Positions 37,525 through 49,474 of a DNA stretch of 64,000 nt are shown one piece after another. The translations under genes and the position numbers were made by a program. Source of the DNA: Octopus sinensis (taxonomy: Eukaryota). How positions within the stretch are numbered: position 1 is the first letter of the stretch; each line of letters begins with the position of its first letter. The notes below the pieces were generated by a model. It saw only the letters and a list, made by a program, of their open reading frames with translations, made no database searches and was not told the origin of the DNA. The stretch spans positions 12,028,001-12,092,000 of the forward strand of contig NC_043005.1 in the NCBI RefSeq assembly GCF_006345805.1, given 5' to 3'.

Positions 37525-37820
37525 GAATTGAGCGAAAACACCTAAAGCTCCACGAGGCTCCGGCAGGTGATGGTGGTGATCCCTGCTGTACTTTTTCACC
37601 ACAACTTTCTCTCACTCTTTCTTCCTGTTTCTGTTGTACCTGTATTTCAAAGGGCCGGCCTTGTCACTCTCTGTGTCACGCTGAATATCCCCGAGAACTA
37701 CGTTAAGGGTACACGTGTCTGTGGAGTGCTCAGCCACTTACACGTTAATTTCACGAGCAGGCTGTTCCGTTGATTCGGATCAACCGGAACCCTCGTCGTC
37801 GTAACCGACGGAGTGCTTCT
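37525..37820 (+). mobile_element. 5'-truncated family C SINE
   Basis: ATTGAGCGAAAACACCTAAAGCTCCACGAGG... to GACGGAGTGCTTC. Confidence 0.85.
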
Positions 37821-38027
37821 AAAAAAAATTTGGAATTGATTAAAATATTTGAAAATTCACTACTTAAAACAAAATGTTATAAAACTATGTGAGAAAGATA
37901 CCAATTCAAATTTAAAATGCGACTTCTCTTCTAGGTGCAAATGAAGTCGCAATTCAGGACTCATATGTTTCAGTAAACAAAAGACTTAAAATTTCTTTCA
38001 AGAAGTACAAAATCTATACCGTTAACA

Positions 38028-38190
38028 GGCGCAGGAGTGGCTGTGTGGTAAGTAGCTTGTTTACGAACCACATGGTTCCGGGTTCAGTTCTACTGCGTGG
38101 CACCTTGGGCAAGTGTCTTCTACTATAGCCTCGGGCCGACCAAAGCCTTGTGAGTGGATTTGGTAGACGGAAACTGAAAGAAGCCCGTCG
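38028..38190 (+). mobile_element. 5' half of a family A SINE, ending at the internal (TA)n
   Basis: GGCGCAGGAG...AAGAAGCCCGTCG, then (TA)n and unrelated sequence. Confidence 0.85.
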
Positions 38191-38225
<35 letters not shown>

Positions 38226-38229
<4 letters not shown>

Positions 38230-39292
38230 GAAATAGAATTTTTTAAATATAGACAATTAGGCGCAGGAGTGGCTGTGTGGTAAGTAGCTTGTTTACCAAC
38301 GACATGGTTCCGGGTTCAGTCCCACTGCGTGGCATCTTGGTCAAGTGTCTTCTACTATAGCCTCGGGCCGACCAAAGCCTTGTGAGTGGATTTGGTAGAC
38401 GGAAACTGAAAGAAGCCCGTCGTATATATGTATATATATATATATATATATATGCGTGTGTGTGTGTGTCTGTTTGTTTGTCTGTGTTTGTCCCCCTAGC
38501 AGTGCTTGACAACCGATGCTGGTGTGTTTATGTCCACGTTACTTAGCGGTTCGGCATAAGAGACCGATAGAATAAGTACTGGGCTTACAAAAGAATAAGT
38601 CCCGGGGTCGAGTTGCTCGATTAAAGGCGCTGCTCCAGCATGGCCGCAGTCAAACGAATGAAAAAAGTAAAAGATTAAAAGTGTAAAGAGAGTTCAAATA
38701 CTTCCAAGGAAAATTATTAATGAGTGTAATCCTTCTCTTTCACCTATAAACCACATGCGTTATATTGACATGTACATAAGACTTCGATAAATTTATCTAA
38801 CCAATGTCTTTTTTTTTTAAACCGAATCTTGTTATCCCTTTCCATAGAGTCTAATGTTACGAGCACTCAAATCACACACAGATTATTCACTATAGTCTGA
38901 CTAATCGACAAACGAAAATCTGAGTTTCATTAACGATTATCTAGCTTCGCATGGATTTTACACTTGTCTTTTGTCTTTTTGTATTAAGTTCACGTCTTTC
39001 TCGTGAATGCATACATTAACGGGCAATCATATTTTAGTCGTGTGTGCATACACGGGAATATATATATATATATTATATATATATATTATATATAATAGAA
39101 ATAGAATTTTTTAAATATAGACAATTAGGCGCAGGAGTGGCTGTGTGGTAAGTAGCTTGTTTACCAACGACATGGTTCCGGGTTCAGTCCCACTGCGTGG
39201 CATCTTGGTCAAGTGTCTTCTACTATAGCCTCGGGCCGACCAAAGCCTTGTGAGTGGATTTGGTAGACGGAAACTGAAAGAAGCCCGTCGTA

Positions 39293-39323
<31 letters not shown>

Positions 39324-39925
39324 GCGTGTGTGTGTGTGTCTGTTTGTTTGTCTGTGTTTGTCCCCCTAGCAGTGCTTGACAACCGATGCTGGTGTGTTTA
39401 TGTCCACGTTACTTAGCGGTTCGGCATAAGAGACCGATAGAATAAGTACTGGGCTTACAAAAGAATAAGTCCCGGGGTCGAGTTGCTCGATTAAAGGCGC
39501 TGCTCCAGCATGGCCGCAGTCAAACGAATGAAAAAAGTAAAAGATTAAAAGTGTAAAGAGAGTTCAAATACTTCCAAGGAAAATTATTAATGAGTGTAAT
39601 CCTTCTCTTTCACCTATAAACCACATGCGTTATATTGACATGTACATAAGACTTCGATAAATTTATCTAACCAATGTCTTTTTTTTTTAAACCGAATCTT
39701 GTTATCCCTTTCCATAGAGTCTAATGTTACGAGCACTCAAATCACACACAGATTATTCACTATAGTCTGACTAATCGACAAACGAAAATCTGAGTTTCAT
39801 TAACGATTATCTAGCTTCGCATGGATTTTACACTTGTCTTTTGTCTTTTTGTATTAAGTTCACGTCTTTCTCGTGAATGCATACATTAACGGGCAATCAT
39901 ATTTTAGTCGTGTGTGCATACACGG

Positions 39926-39930
<5 letters not shown>
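38226..39930. repeat. Near-identical ~868-870-bp tandem duplication; each unit contains a family A SINE (38260-38680, 39128-39550)
   Basis: 38226-39060 versus 39094-39930; the only difference seen by eye is one TA unit inside the SINE microsatellite. Confidence 0.95.
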
Positions 39931-39961
<31 letters not shown>

Positions 39962-40376
39962 CACTAACTTTAATTATACATGAACTCAAGTCGTTTTGGT
40001 TTGATGGTCAACTCGTGTAATATCATGTCACGCAGTTCCTCTTGTTGTCCAAGTCGTTCAAAATGCTTTTCTCGATGGAAATATGAGCCAGTGAAGACAG
40101 CTGTTGTGCTTCTCAGATATGACAGGATTTCATCCAACGTCGAGAAACTTCTCTCATTAGCGACTGATGTTAAGGGGATGATTAGCACTAGCTTAATTAC
40201 TTTAATGGATTCAAGCATAACAGAAGCCAACTCAAATTTATACAGTAATTCTAAAAAAGGAGTTGATTGAATTGTACTTTTTTGCAATCACTATATATAT
40301 ATACATATATATTAACTGGTTCACTAAGCTCTTAAGGCCAAAAATACAGGGACACTTGTTTTCTCTGGAGTACATA

Positions 40377-40761
40377 GGGAAGCACTCCGTCGGTTACGAC
40401 GATGAGGGTTCCGATTGATCCGAATCAACGGAACAGTTTGCTCGTGAAATTAACGTTTAAGTGGCTGAGCACTCCACAGACACGTGTACCCTTAACGTAG
40501 TTCTCGGGGATATTCAGCGTGACAAAGAGAGTGACATGGCCGGCCCTTTGAAATACAGGTACAACAGAAACAGGAAGTAAGAGTGAGAGAAAGTTGTGGT
40601 GAAAGAGTACAGCAGGGATCACCACCATCCCCTGCTGGAGCCTCGTGGAGCTTTAGGTGTTTTCGCTCAATAAACACTCACAATGCCCGGTCTGGGAATC
40701 GAAACCGCGATCCTATGACCGCGAGTCCGCTGCCCTAACCACTGGGCCATTGCGCCTCCAC
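40377..40761 (-). mobile_element. Family C SINE inserted in the hAT relic
   Basis: TSD CTCTGGAGT(A/C)CATA at 40363-40376 and 40762-40775 (13 of 14 match). Confidence 0.9.
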
Positions 40762-41264
40762 CTCTGGAGTCCATATGTTGCATGGGAAATGTGTTAGCAA
40801 ACTTTTCAAACTTGTTAACGTTTAGTAATTCTCAATGCCAAAAAGTTTATCCTGCATGAACATTAGAATGTTATCAATTATTTCAGAGTAGGCAGTTCTG
40901 TAATTAACTTGTGCAACTCTGATTCTTTTTCTAGGAGGAGTATCGGACTCATCTACCAGTTCAGTGACAGCAGATGTATCGCGCAGAACGTTTTCACAGT
41001 GTTCGTCCTTACGATAACGTTCAACACAATTAATGAAGTCATTTAATTTATTCTAACTATGCTTTATCTCAAGCACCTTACACTTTAGGATATCAAAGAC
41101 TTTCCCAGCCTGAGAATGTATGTTATGAAGCAACTGATGAAAAGCATACTGTGAATCATTCAACTTTGCCAATAGATTATCCGTTTGACAAAGGGTATCT
41201 TCATCTCACTTTTCACTTGAGCTTAGAATACTTGTGAAGGCATATTTCAAATTTTCATGAAATA

Positions 41265-41829
41265 TTGGGTTCTCCGGAAAGTTTGTGCCGATTTATAGTA
41301 GTTTACCTTGCGACTTATTTAGAACAGGGTTGAGTCCATAAAATAGGATTTGACTACACCTCCATTTAAAGCACAGTTCAAGCTATATTTTCGTGTAAGA
41401 AGGTTTATGTTTCTATAACCTGTGATAATTCTGTAACCCTTAAAATTGGAAGATAAGAAAGTTCATTTTCGGCTCTTGATGCTTTGGGAATCAAACAAAA
41501 GTTGCTGCAGATCGGCTGGAATGTGTTACCCCACCCTCCATATTCACCAGATATTGCTCCTTCCGATTTCCACTTATTCAGGTCTCTGCAGAATAGTCTT
41601 AATTGTAAAAATTTCAATTCCTTGGATGACGCAAAAAGATATCTTGATGAATTCTTTGCCATGAAACCTCCTCAATTCTGCGAAGAGGGTATTTTCAAGT
41701 TAAGGGAAAGTCGGATACGCATTGTGCAACAAAATGGTTCATATTTAGTTGGTTAAAAATGTAATGGCGAGTATTTATTGACCTTTTTCTTTCCTTTAAA
41801 AATCGGCACGAACTTTCCGGACAACCTGA
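41265..41829 (+). mobile_element. Internally deleted mariner with both TIRs, nested in the hAT relic
   Basis: 30-bp TIRs at 41265-41294 and 41800-41829 with TA on both sides; ORF 41484-41756 reads ...LPHPPYSPDIAPSDFHLFRSLQNSL...FNSLDD... Confidence 0.9.
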
Positions 41830-43571
41830 TAGTTTTATGGATGACACGGTTCTTGCACTATCGAACCATCTTGTTTCGCACAGTGATGAAATACTGACAT
41901 TAAACTGCCTGAAAACGTTTTTCCCGTTTGGTACTGGTGCATATAAATTTAGTTTTACGCGTAAATGAGAAAAACATTTTTATTCCACTCACCTTCTCGG
42001 CAATTTTACTCAAGACTACGATAAGTTTATGCGCATTGCAGTGAATGGAATGCGCGTGTTTAAATACTTTATCGCTTAGTTTGCCCTGTACTCTGTTTAG
42101 CGTTTCCGCCATTACAACTGCACCGTCTTAAGTCTGACTCATTAGTTTATCTGTAGCGTCACCGAAGGAGTTCAATGCAGTCACAATCACCTCAGCCAGT
42201 CTTATAGCTCTTTTATCATAACTGACTTTATAGAATCCAAGAAATCTTTCACACGTTTTGTCTTCATATTCGTATTATCTTATTAGGACTGACAGTTGGG
42301 CATGCATTGCACAGTCTGTAGTTTCGTCAGTTTGTACGGACATAAACGGAGCTTTATCAACTTCACTTCGAATTTCATCAGACAAGATATTTCCAATCGC
42401 TTGTCATTTTGTATTGTACCTGAGACTCCTGAAAACTATTACAATCCTTCTTTGGTAGAAAGTTTAGAAGCAACACGTTGTCGATTTCCGCAAAGCACTG
42501 CAATAGTTTACGGTAATTTACTCTATTACGGCTGTCACTGCCTTCACCATCTCCACATAAAGGCAACTCTTGTTTACACAGGTATAACACTGCATTTGTT
42601 AACTGTTTTAAATATTGTCTATTTTTTCCAGCTGCTTCGTTATGCCGTTCTTTTATCAGTTTAGCAGACTCATTAATAGCTGTCTCAATACAGTCCGAAA
42701 GTTTTCAAGATTTTATAACTACTTATATGACTTACTGATTTACTGTGATGCTTACAGTCACTCAGGATGTTTTCATAATTATTTTAGCCTCCATCAGTCC
42801 ACGACTAATTAGCTTTTGGTTGAGGCAACAAACATGGCCAGCAGTAGAGTTTATCAGTGACGCTGTTTGCACAATTCCAATCAATTTTTTCATACCATTT
42901 TATCTGGAATGTTTGAGTTCCAACTTTAGTTTTCAATGAAACTGTTGGCCTGCAAACTTGAAGAATTCCACGTTTTTCCGCAATATTTCTACCCCCAAAT
43001 GACTTATTCTTTATATCTAGCACAATGTCTCTCTCCATTTCTTAGTTATGGGTAAAAAACAAAGCAACCCTGCAAAACACAACTGATCTTTACACACAGA
43101 TGCACAGAATAACAACAATCAAATAACGGCAGTGGAATGTATAACAGGCATCAGCGATCTGATTGTCGCTTGTATTCTTCACAAGAGATGCAAATTAGTC
43201 TTTTATGCCTATCAGGCTCGTTCTTATTAGCCCGAGTTGCTAGATAACGTTTCGTTTCTTTAAGAATGTTGTAGAACAGAAACTTTTCAGATGTAAATCC
43301 TAATCTCTATAGAAATGTATTCTTTCAAGTAAACATTGACTTTTGATTACTTATAATTTTTACGATTATAGATAACGGCTCGGGCTGTAACTTCTGAGCC
43401 TGAGTCAGGTACGTGTGAATGATGTCGAGAAAATGTCTCCTACGAATGATATTTTTTTGACACAGGTCACATCTAAGACGACTGTCAAACGCTGAGCGAA
43501 AATAAATGAACAGCTGAGGCCGAACAGTCCGAGTTCCGGGGTCATCATTGCTATATATATAGGGTGTGTGT

Positions 43572-43745
43572 GTCGATGCGTGGCTAAGTGGTTAGGGTGT
43601 TGCACTCATAATCATAAGGTTGTAGTTTCGATTACTGAACGGGGTGATATGTTGTATTCTTGTACAAAACACTTTTATTACATGTTGCTCCGGGCCAATC
43701 AAGTGGCAAAAAATGAAAATCATGCGAGGGACTAGCGACATATCT
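43572..43745 (+). mobile_element. Degenerate family D-like SINE head and CORE-like segment
   Basis: GCGTGGCTAAGTGGTTAGGG...GTTTCGATT...ATGTTGCTCC. Confidence 0.55.
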
Positions 43746-43868
43746 GAATGAGAAATATTTAAACCAGAGAACCCGGGAAAACAGCCTGAAGATATGAGCC
43801 TATGGCTTGAAGAGAAACTTTGATAATTTGATATGCATATGTCTATATCTATATCTAGCTATATATAT

Positions 43869-43915
<47 letters not shown>

Positions 43916-44832
43916 CGCGTGTATATACACAAACATTTCTGTATAAACAATAACACATGCTTAACGTATTTGTGCTCTTTAAACGCTAGAAGCTGCTATC
44001 TGTCGTTCGGGAAAATCGTATAGTGTTAAAAATCAGAATTTATTTCAGGAACTGTTGAAACAAAATAACGCCAGAAGTGATTCTGTTGATGACAGATATG
44101 TATTTCACTGTTAATGCAGTTAATCAATACCGAGGAATCAAGTCAATTCCGTTGCAAAATTGAAAGCTATAGTCTGATATATGAATATGAATTACACAAT
44201 AGAGGCAGCTCTATTTATGGGAACGTTACCAATACCACATACATATTGTATGTATCTCTGTCTCTCTCTGTCTCTGTCCCTCTCTCTCTCTGTATATACA
44301 TACATATATATATACCGGAGTAAACACATAAACGTGAAACAAGGTGGAAAAAAGAGTACTCAAATACCAGTGGTAGAGTGATATGAACGGCAACGGGAAA
44401 CTCAGAGTAACAGGTTTTGTTGAATTTTCTGCTGTTTTAAATAAAGTATATATATATATATATAATATATATATATATATATTTAATCAAAATAAGCAAC
44501 AAGAATATCTCCGATAATTTGGTACGATCGTTTCACGCTACATCATTTTATTCAATATTGTAAGTATTACAACAGTTTTAAAATGTTATATGCTGAGTGA
44601 TTGTTTATAGTCATTGGTTAAATATCTCGTTTAGACTAAAAAAAACGAATTGTATCGCCTAGCTTCATGTGTATCTATCTACAGTATAGCTCTTTGCAAG
44701 GAATGAAGCTTCAAACCTTATTTTATTCCACCATTAGAGCACTGGGAATGTATTTTTATGTACAGTTCTAAGGCAGTATATTGGTATTTATTTTACCTAC
44801 ATTTTTAGCAGTTGTCGATCTTTATATATATA

Positions 44833-44871
<39 letters not shown>

Positions 44872-44886
44872 TACATACATACATAA

Positions 44887-44926
<40 letters not shown>

Positions 44927-45514
44927 TATGATACACACCACTATAAGCATATATATATATATATATATATATACACGTTAAATGAATAATTGCTTTTTGT
45001 TTAAAAGCAGGTGGTGAGATTAATTGACTCTGAAGCGTTTAAATATTTTATATTTTCTTAGCGTGAAATAACTGAAGGCCATTATTTCCATTCCCATATG
45101 TCTAATTCGCATAAACATATAATCGTTGCAATAACTGTTAAGATTGTAAAATTATTCAGCTAGCAAACCTCCTTTGATATATGCCATTCTGTAAATAAAG
45201 GAGTTTGATGTTACTGCTAACATTTGCGCTTCCTGCCGCGAGATAGGTTCATCTTGACAGGCGGAGATCCAGTTTGCTTTGAAGATGCATATATCCTACC
45301 CCATATATGTCTCTCAGACTTTACGGGAGAATACTGGAAAGGTGTGCGACCTATATATATATACTTACTTACATACATATGTACAGGAAACGGTTTTGTG
45401 TAGGCATATAAAAGCTTCTATTTTATTATATCGGCTGCTACCTTATGACATCAACTTGCAACAGCAGTTTTATGGGGTTGTACCGAGCTGTGCATATATA
45501 ACATAGGATAAATA

Positions 45515-45540
45515 TAGTAATAATAATAATAATAATAATG

Positions 45541-45619
<79 letters not shown>

Positions 45620-45921
45620 CCATGTCTATGGATATATATTTGCATGTAAGTATGTATGTATTATGTGTGTAGGTATGTACGCACATACACATATTCTGCC
45701 GGTTAATTTGTCTAATATAATCAGCTAACAGAATTACAGCTCTGTACCTGTCAGTATGTATTTGCTTTTTTACCATTTCGTTTCAAAGAACCAGACACTG
45801 CATAACATTTATATACATATATATAAATAATAAAAATTCAACAGATCAAAAACAGGATTCAAAGAAATAATGATGATGATGATAATAATAATAATAATAA
45901 TTAATAATAATAATAATAATA

Positions 45922-45952
<31 letters not shown>

Positions 45953-45968
45953 AATAATGATAATAATG

Positions 45969-46005
<37 letters not shown>
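45515..46005. repeat. (AAT)n tracts (45515-45620, 45870-46005); others at 24725-24790 and inside the family E SINEs
   Basis: Directly visible. Confidence 0.95.
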
Positions 46006-46006
<1 letters not shown>

Positions 46007-46679
46007 CCTCGTTTCTATAAGAAACTGACTGACAGTTTAAAAAGTGCGGGGCAAAAATATATACACAACCAATCGTGGTCTAAATGTAAGAGAAAATTAA
46101 TAGCTGTTTGTTGTATTTAATATATATTATGCAGTTCAACAGTGTGGAAAACATCAGATTTGCGAAAAACTGTCCTGTCATTTTGAAGTTTATTTCCAAT
46201 ATTTATTTAATGCAATATTTACTAATGACATGAAAAAGTAATTGACAACACTTCCATTATACTTTTTTAAAACATTTTTTTGCAGGTTCATGTGAGTTGG
46301 CTGCAGCGATGTTCTGAAGGCTTCAGTAGTTTTAATTCACTATGTCTACATCAGTACATATTTCATTCTTGTACCTAAATTATCAATATCTACTTTGTTT
46401 GAAGTTCCTTTTACCTTTGTGTAAGTTAGACTTGGAAGGTGAACTTCTCTTTTCCGATTTCCGGAGAGTGTTAAACCGAAATTATATAGGATGGGCACAT
46501 GAGAAAATTCTTTTAACAAGTCTAGGATATATCTGTTTTCAACCCTGCCTTTGATAATATTATTGAAAGAGATTATCATCATTTGTCATGTATCACTGGG
46601 TTAATCAACTCACAAACACAGACATGTACGCGCGCAAGCACACACGTAAGCAAACATCCACCCCATACAAGCAATTAGA

Positions 46680-46718
<39 letters not shown>

Positions 46719-46892
46719 TAATATTAGGGAGTAAATACAAACTTACAGGGAAAAATTAGATTTAGGATTAATCTAATTTGATTGGTAAATATATATGATA
46801 TTAAATTAGAGATAAAACCACTATTAGGCAATTAGACAGAGAAAATCATAAGCCAATACATATAAATAAAATTAATTTAAAATATATAAAAT

Positions 46893-47207
46893 ATAGCCCC
46901 GGGCCGACCAATGCCTTGTGAGTGGATTTGGTAGACAGAAACTGAAAGAAGCCTGTCGTATATATGTATATATATATGTATATATGTGTATGTGTGTGTG
47001 TTTGTCTCCCTAGCATTGCTTGACAACCGATGCTGGTGTGGTTACGTCCCCGTCACTTAGCGGTTCGGCAAAAGAGACCGATAGAATAAGTACTGGGCCT
47101 ACAAAGAATAAGTCCCGAGGTCGATTTGCTCGATTAAAGGCGGTGCTCCAGCATGGCCGCAGTCAAATGACTGAAACAAGTAAAAGAGTAAGGCGTAAAG
47201 AGTATAA
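46893..47207 (+). mobile_element. 5'-truncated family A SINE
   Basis: Starts at ATAGCCCCGGGCCGACC and runs to the GTAAAAGAGT tail. Confidence 0.85.
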
Positions 47208-47307
47208 AATATAAAAACATATAAAATTCCAAATTAAAATATCTAAATTAATGTTAAATTTTTGAAAATTTTAAATAATTTAAAATGTCTGATTTATCTC
47301 TAATTTG

Positions 47308-47345
<38 letters not shown>

Positions 47346-47476
47346 TATATATGTTTTATACGCACATATAGTATACTATATGTATATATATATATATGTT
47401 TAATACCTACACATATAAATATACCTATATGTATATATATATATATGTTTATACCTACGCACATATAAGTAATACC

Positions 47477-47517
<41 letters not shown>

Positions 47518-47640
47518 GTAAATATAAGAGAATGACCACTATGTGGTCGACTCTAGCACTAAAAATATAATTGATGGTATTACTAAATTAGTATCCAATT
47601 TTTTCACCCTTATTAGTTGATTTTATATATATATATATAT

Positions 47641-47677
<37 letters not shown>

Positions 47678-47771
47678 TAATCCAAACAGGAAAGCACAAA
47701 ACAACACGCAACGCGAGGAGTGGAACAAATATAGTATTATTGATACGCTCAGGAAAGAGGAAAGAAGGAGC

Positions 47772-47806
47772 GTTTAACGTTTCGAGCGGAGCTCTTCGTC
47801 GGAAAC
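47772..47806 (-). ncRNA. Minimal hammerhead motif (U4->C core) in a ~140-bp insert between (TA)n tracts
   Basis: GTTT CCGACGA A GAGC-TCC-GCTC GAAAC GTT AAAC. Perfect 4-bp stems I and II and an AACGTT palindrome. Confidence 0.7.
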
Positions 47807-47809
47807 ATA

Positions 47810-47874
<65 letters not shown>

Positions 47875-47884
47875 TATTTATATA

Positions 47885-48300
47885 TACGACGTGTTTCATA
47901 TCCGATGCTTGCGTACTATCTCCCAAATAAAACCGAGAGACCATGTTTATAACAGTGAGTGGCTAACAAAATGCAGCGATTCAGTATTGAAGACACCATC
48001 ATCAAAATACAGCTTAGATTGTCGGGTCATCTCTCACGTATCAGTGATGTCAGAATTTCGAAGGACCTCCTCTTAGGCCAATTCTCAACAGGAAGTACAG
48101 CTGGAAGGTCACTCTTGTGCTTCAAAGACAAACTAAAAAACAATATGAAACGATGCAATTTTTCTTTTTCTTCCTGCAAATCAAAGCAACAAAACGTAGG
48201 ACCTGGCACCAGTCTTGCTTCTCCTCAGTTCAAAGATTTGAGAAAGATCTACTCCAGCATCGGGACTAAATTTGTGCAAGCATGAAGGCACGTTGGTAAA
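47885..48300 (+). mobile_element. 3' fragment of an RTE (BovB-like) LINE
   Basis: FHIRCLRTISQIK... then SIEDTIIKIQLRLSGHLSRISDVRISKDLLLGQFSTG...CFKDKLKNNMKRC, the RTE C-terminal pattern. Confidence 0.8.
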
Positions 48301-48664
48301 ACGCTGATCCTCCAAAGGGACACCTTACCTGTAAGATTTTGAATGTATCCCTATAATAATATTGTCTACGACTTGAGATGTATGCCTTGCCTTAATGTTT
48401 GCTGTGCTGTTTAACAATTATATATATATATATCAAGAGAGAGAGAGAGAGAGACAGAGGTGATGAGAGGTAATGGTTTGAATAAGACGCAAAGGTGTCA
48501 GGTAATGCTGAGTAAGTGCTTTGGACAGACCAAAGTTAAGCTCCAGTTTTGGTGATTCTGCGAATGAGTCCAATGTAGCTCATATATCAGCATGACTATA
48601 TACATTTTTTTCAGAATGAGATAAAAAACCAAGACCGTAAAGAATTTAGAACGTTTATATATAG

Positions 48665-48712
48665 GTCTTACAGCTGTTTCCGGTATATTTTATATAACTC
48701 TTCATCGGAGAC
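48665..48712 (-). ncRNA. Minimal hammerhead motif (U4->C core), stem II partly decayed
   Basis: GTCT CCGATGA A GAGTTATATAAAATATACCG GAAAC AGCT GTA AGAC. Stem I GTCT/AGAC, palindrome ACAGCTGT, GUA triplet. Confidence 0.6.
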
Positions 48713-49430
48713 GGTGTGAGAAAATGGTTTAGCAATAGTTAATTTAGATAAAATATGAAATAGAGAGTGACGTGGAGGAATGGAAATAGATGTAAGATAT
48801 TCAGGGATATTGCATTTATAGATCCATTATTTAGGCAGAATTTAAAATTCCAATACCTCGTGAGTAAATCCCGATAGTATTTAAAATTGGTCATTCTAAG
48901 TATAGAGTTTGTACACAGTGCTATTGAACCGAGGGTTTATTTAAAGTGACCTAAAATGCATTCCCTACTTTTATAAATGTATATTTGTGTGTTTTGTGTG
49001 TGTGTGTGAGAGGGACAGTTAGTATACGTATATATTCTATGTTTATGCTTTTGTTTCAGTTCTTTCCTGCTCCACCGCATATACATACGTACATATATGT
49101 ATGTATATATATATATATATATACTACTACTACTACTGATATAGGATGAAGATTTTTTACAGAAAAAATTCCATCAAAAAATGTGGCAGCATATTAAAAT
49201 ACCTTTAAGGTTAAAATTATAAACAACTTATGAATAAGGGCTAAAGAAAATTATTTCTATGCCAATATCGTCAATTTCCACAAATTATTTACTCGCTACA
49301 GAAAACACGTAGAGCTGAAAACGAGGAAAGCCAGCCAATAGAATTTTTTTTTAAAGTTCGTTATTTCTATATTGAATCAATTTCGGAAAAAAGCCGAAGC
49401 AAAAATCATGAGTACACATACACACACACA

Positions 49431-49474
<44 letters not shown>

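Larger units (their letters stand above)
39970..43040 (-). mobile_element. Degenerate hAT transposase (ZMYM1-like: TTF-type zinc finger, DUF4371-like region, hATC dimerisation domain)
   Basis: ORF-track fragments in order: FQIKWYEK...KLYCWPCLL (42805-43038), KQELPLCGDGEGSDSRNRVNYRKLL (42378-42590), IHCNAHKLIVVL (41900-42112), IPLTSVANERSFSTL...YLRST (39970-40287). Confidence 0.85.

Noticed and set aside
42296-42664. 122-aa plus-strand ORF
   Set aside because: Antisense shadow of the hAT transposase relic.
44385-44545. Hammerhead-like right halves (CG-GCAA-CG GGAAAC TCAGA GTA at ~44388-44412; GAAAC GATC GTA on the minus strand at ~44520-44540)
   Set aside because: The left core is missing or unrecognisable, so they cannot be supported from this window alone.
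45278-45320. TTGAAGA plus a CATATAT/ATATATG stem; similar weak relics at ~3195-3255 and ~43786-43820
   Set aside because: The GAAA box or the core is absent or misplaced; could be chance in AT-rich DNA.
46790-47312. ~20-bp inverted ends (AAATTAGAGATAA / TTATCTCTAATTT) around the truncated family A SINE
   Set aside because: Too short and AT-rich to define an element or structure.
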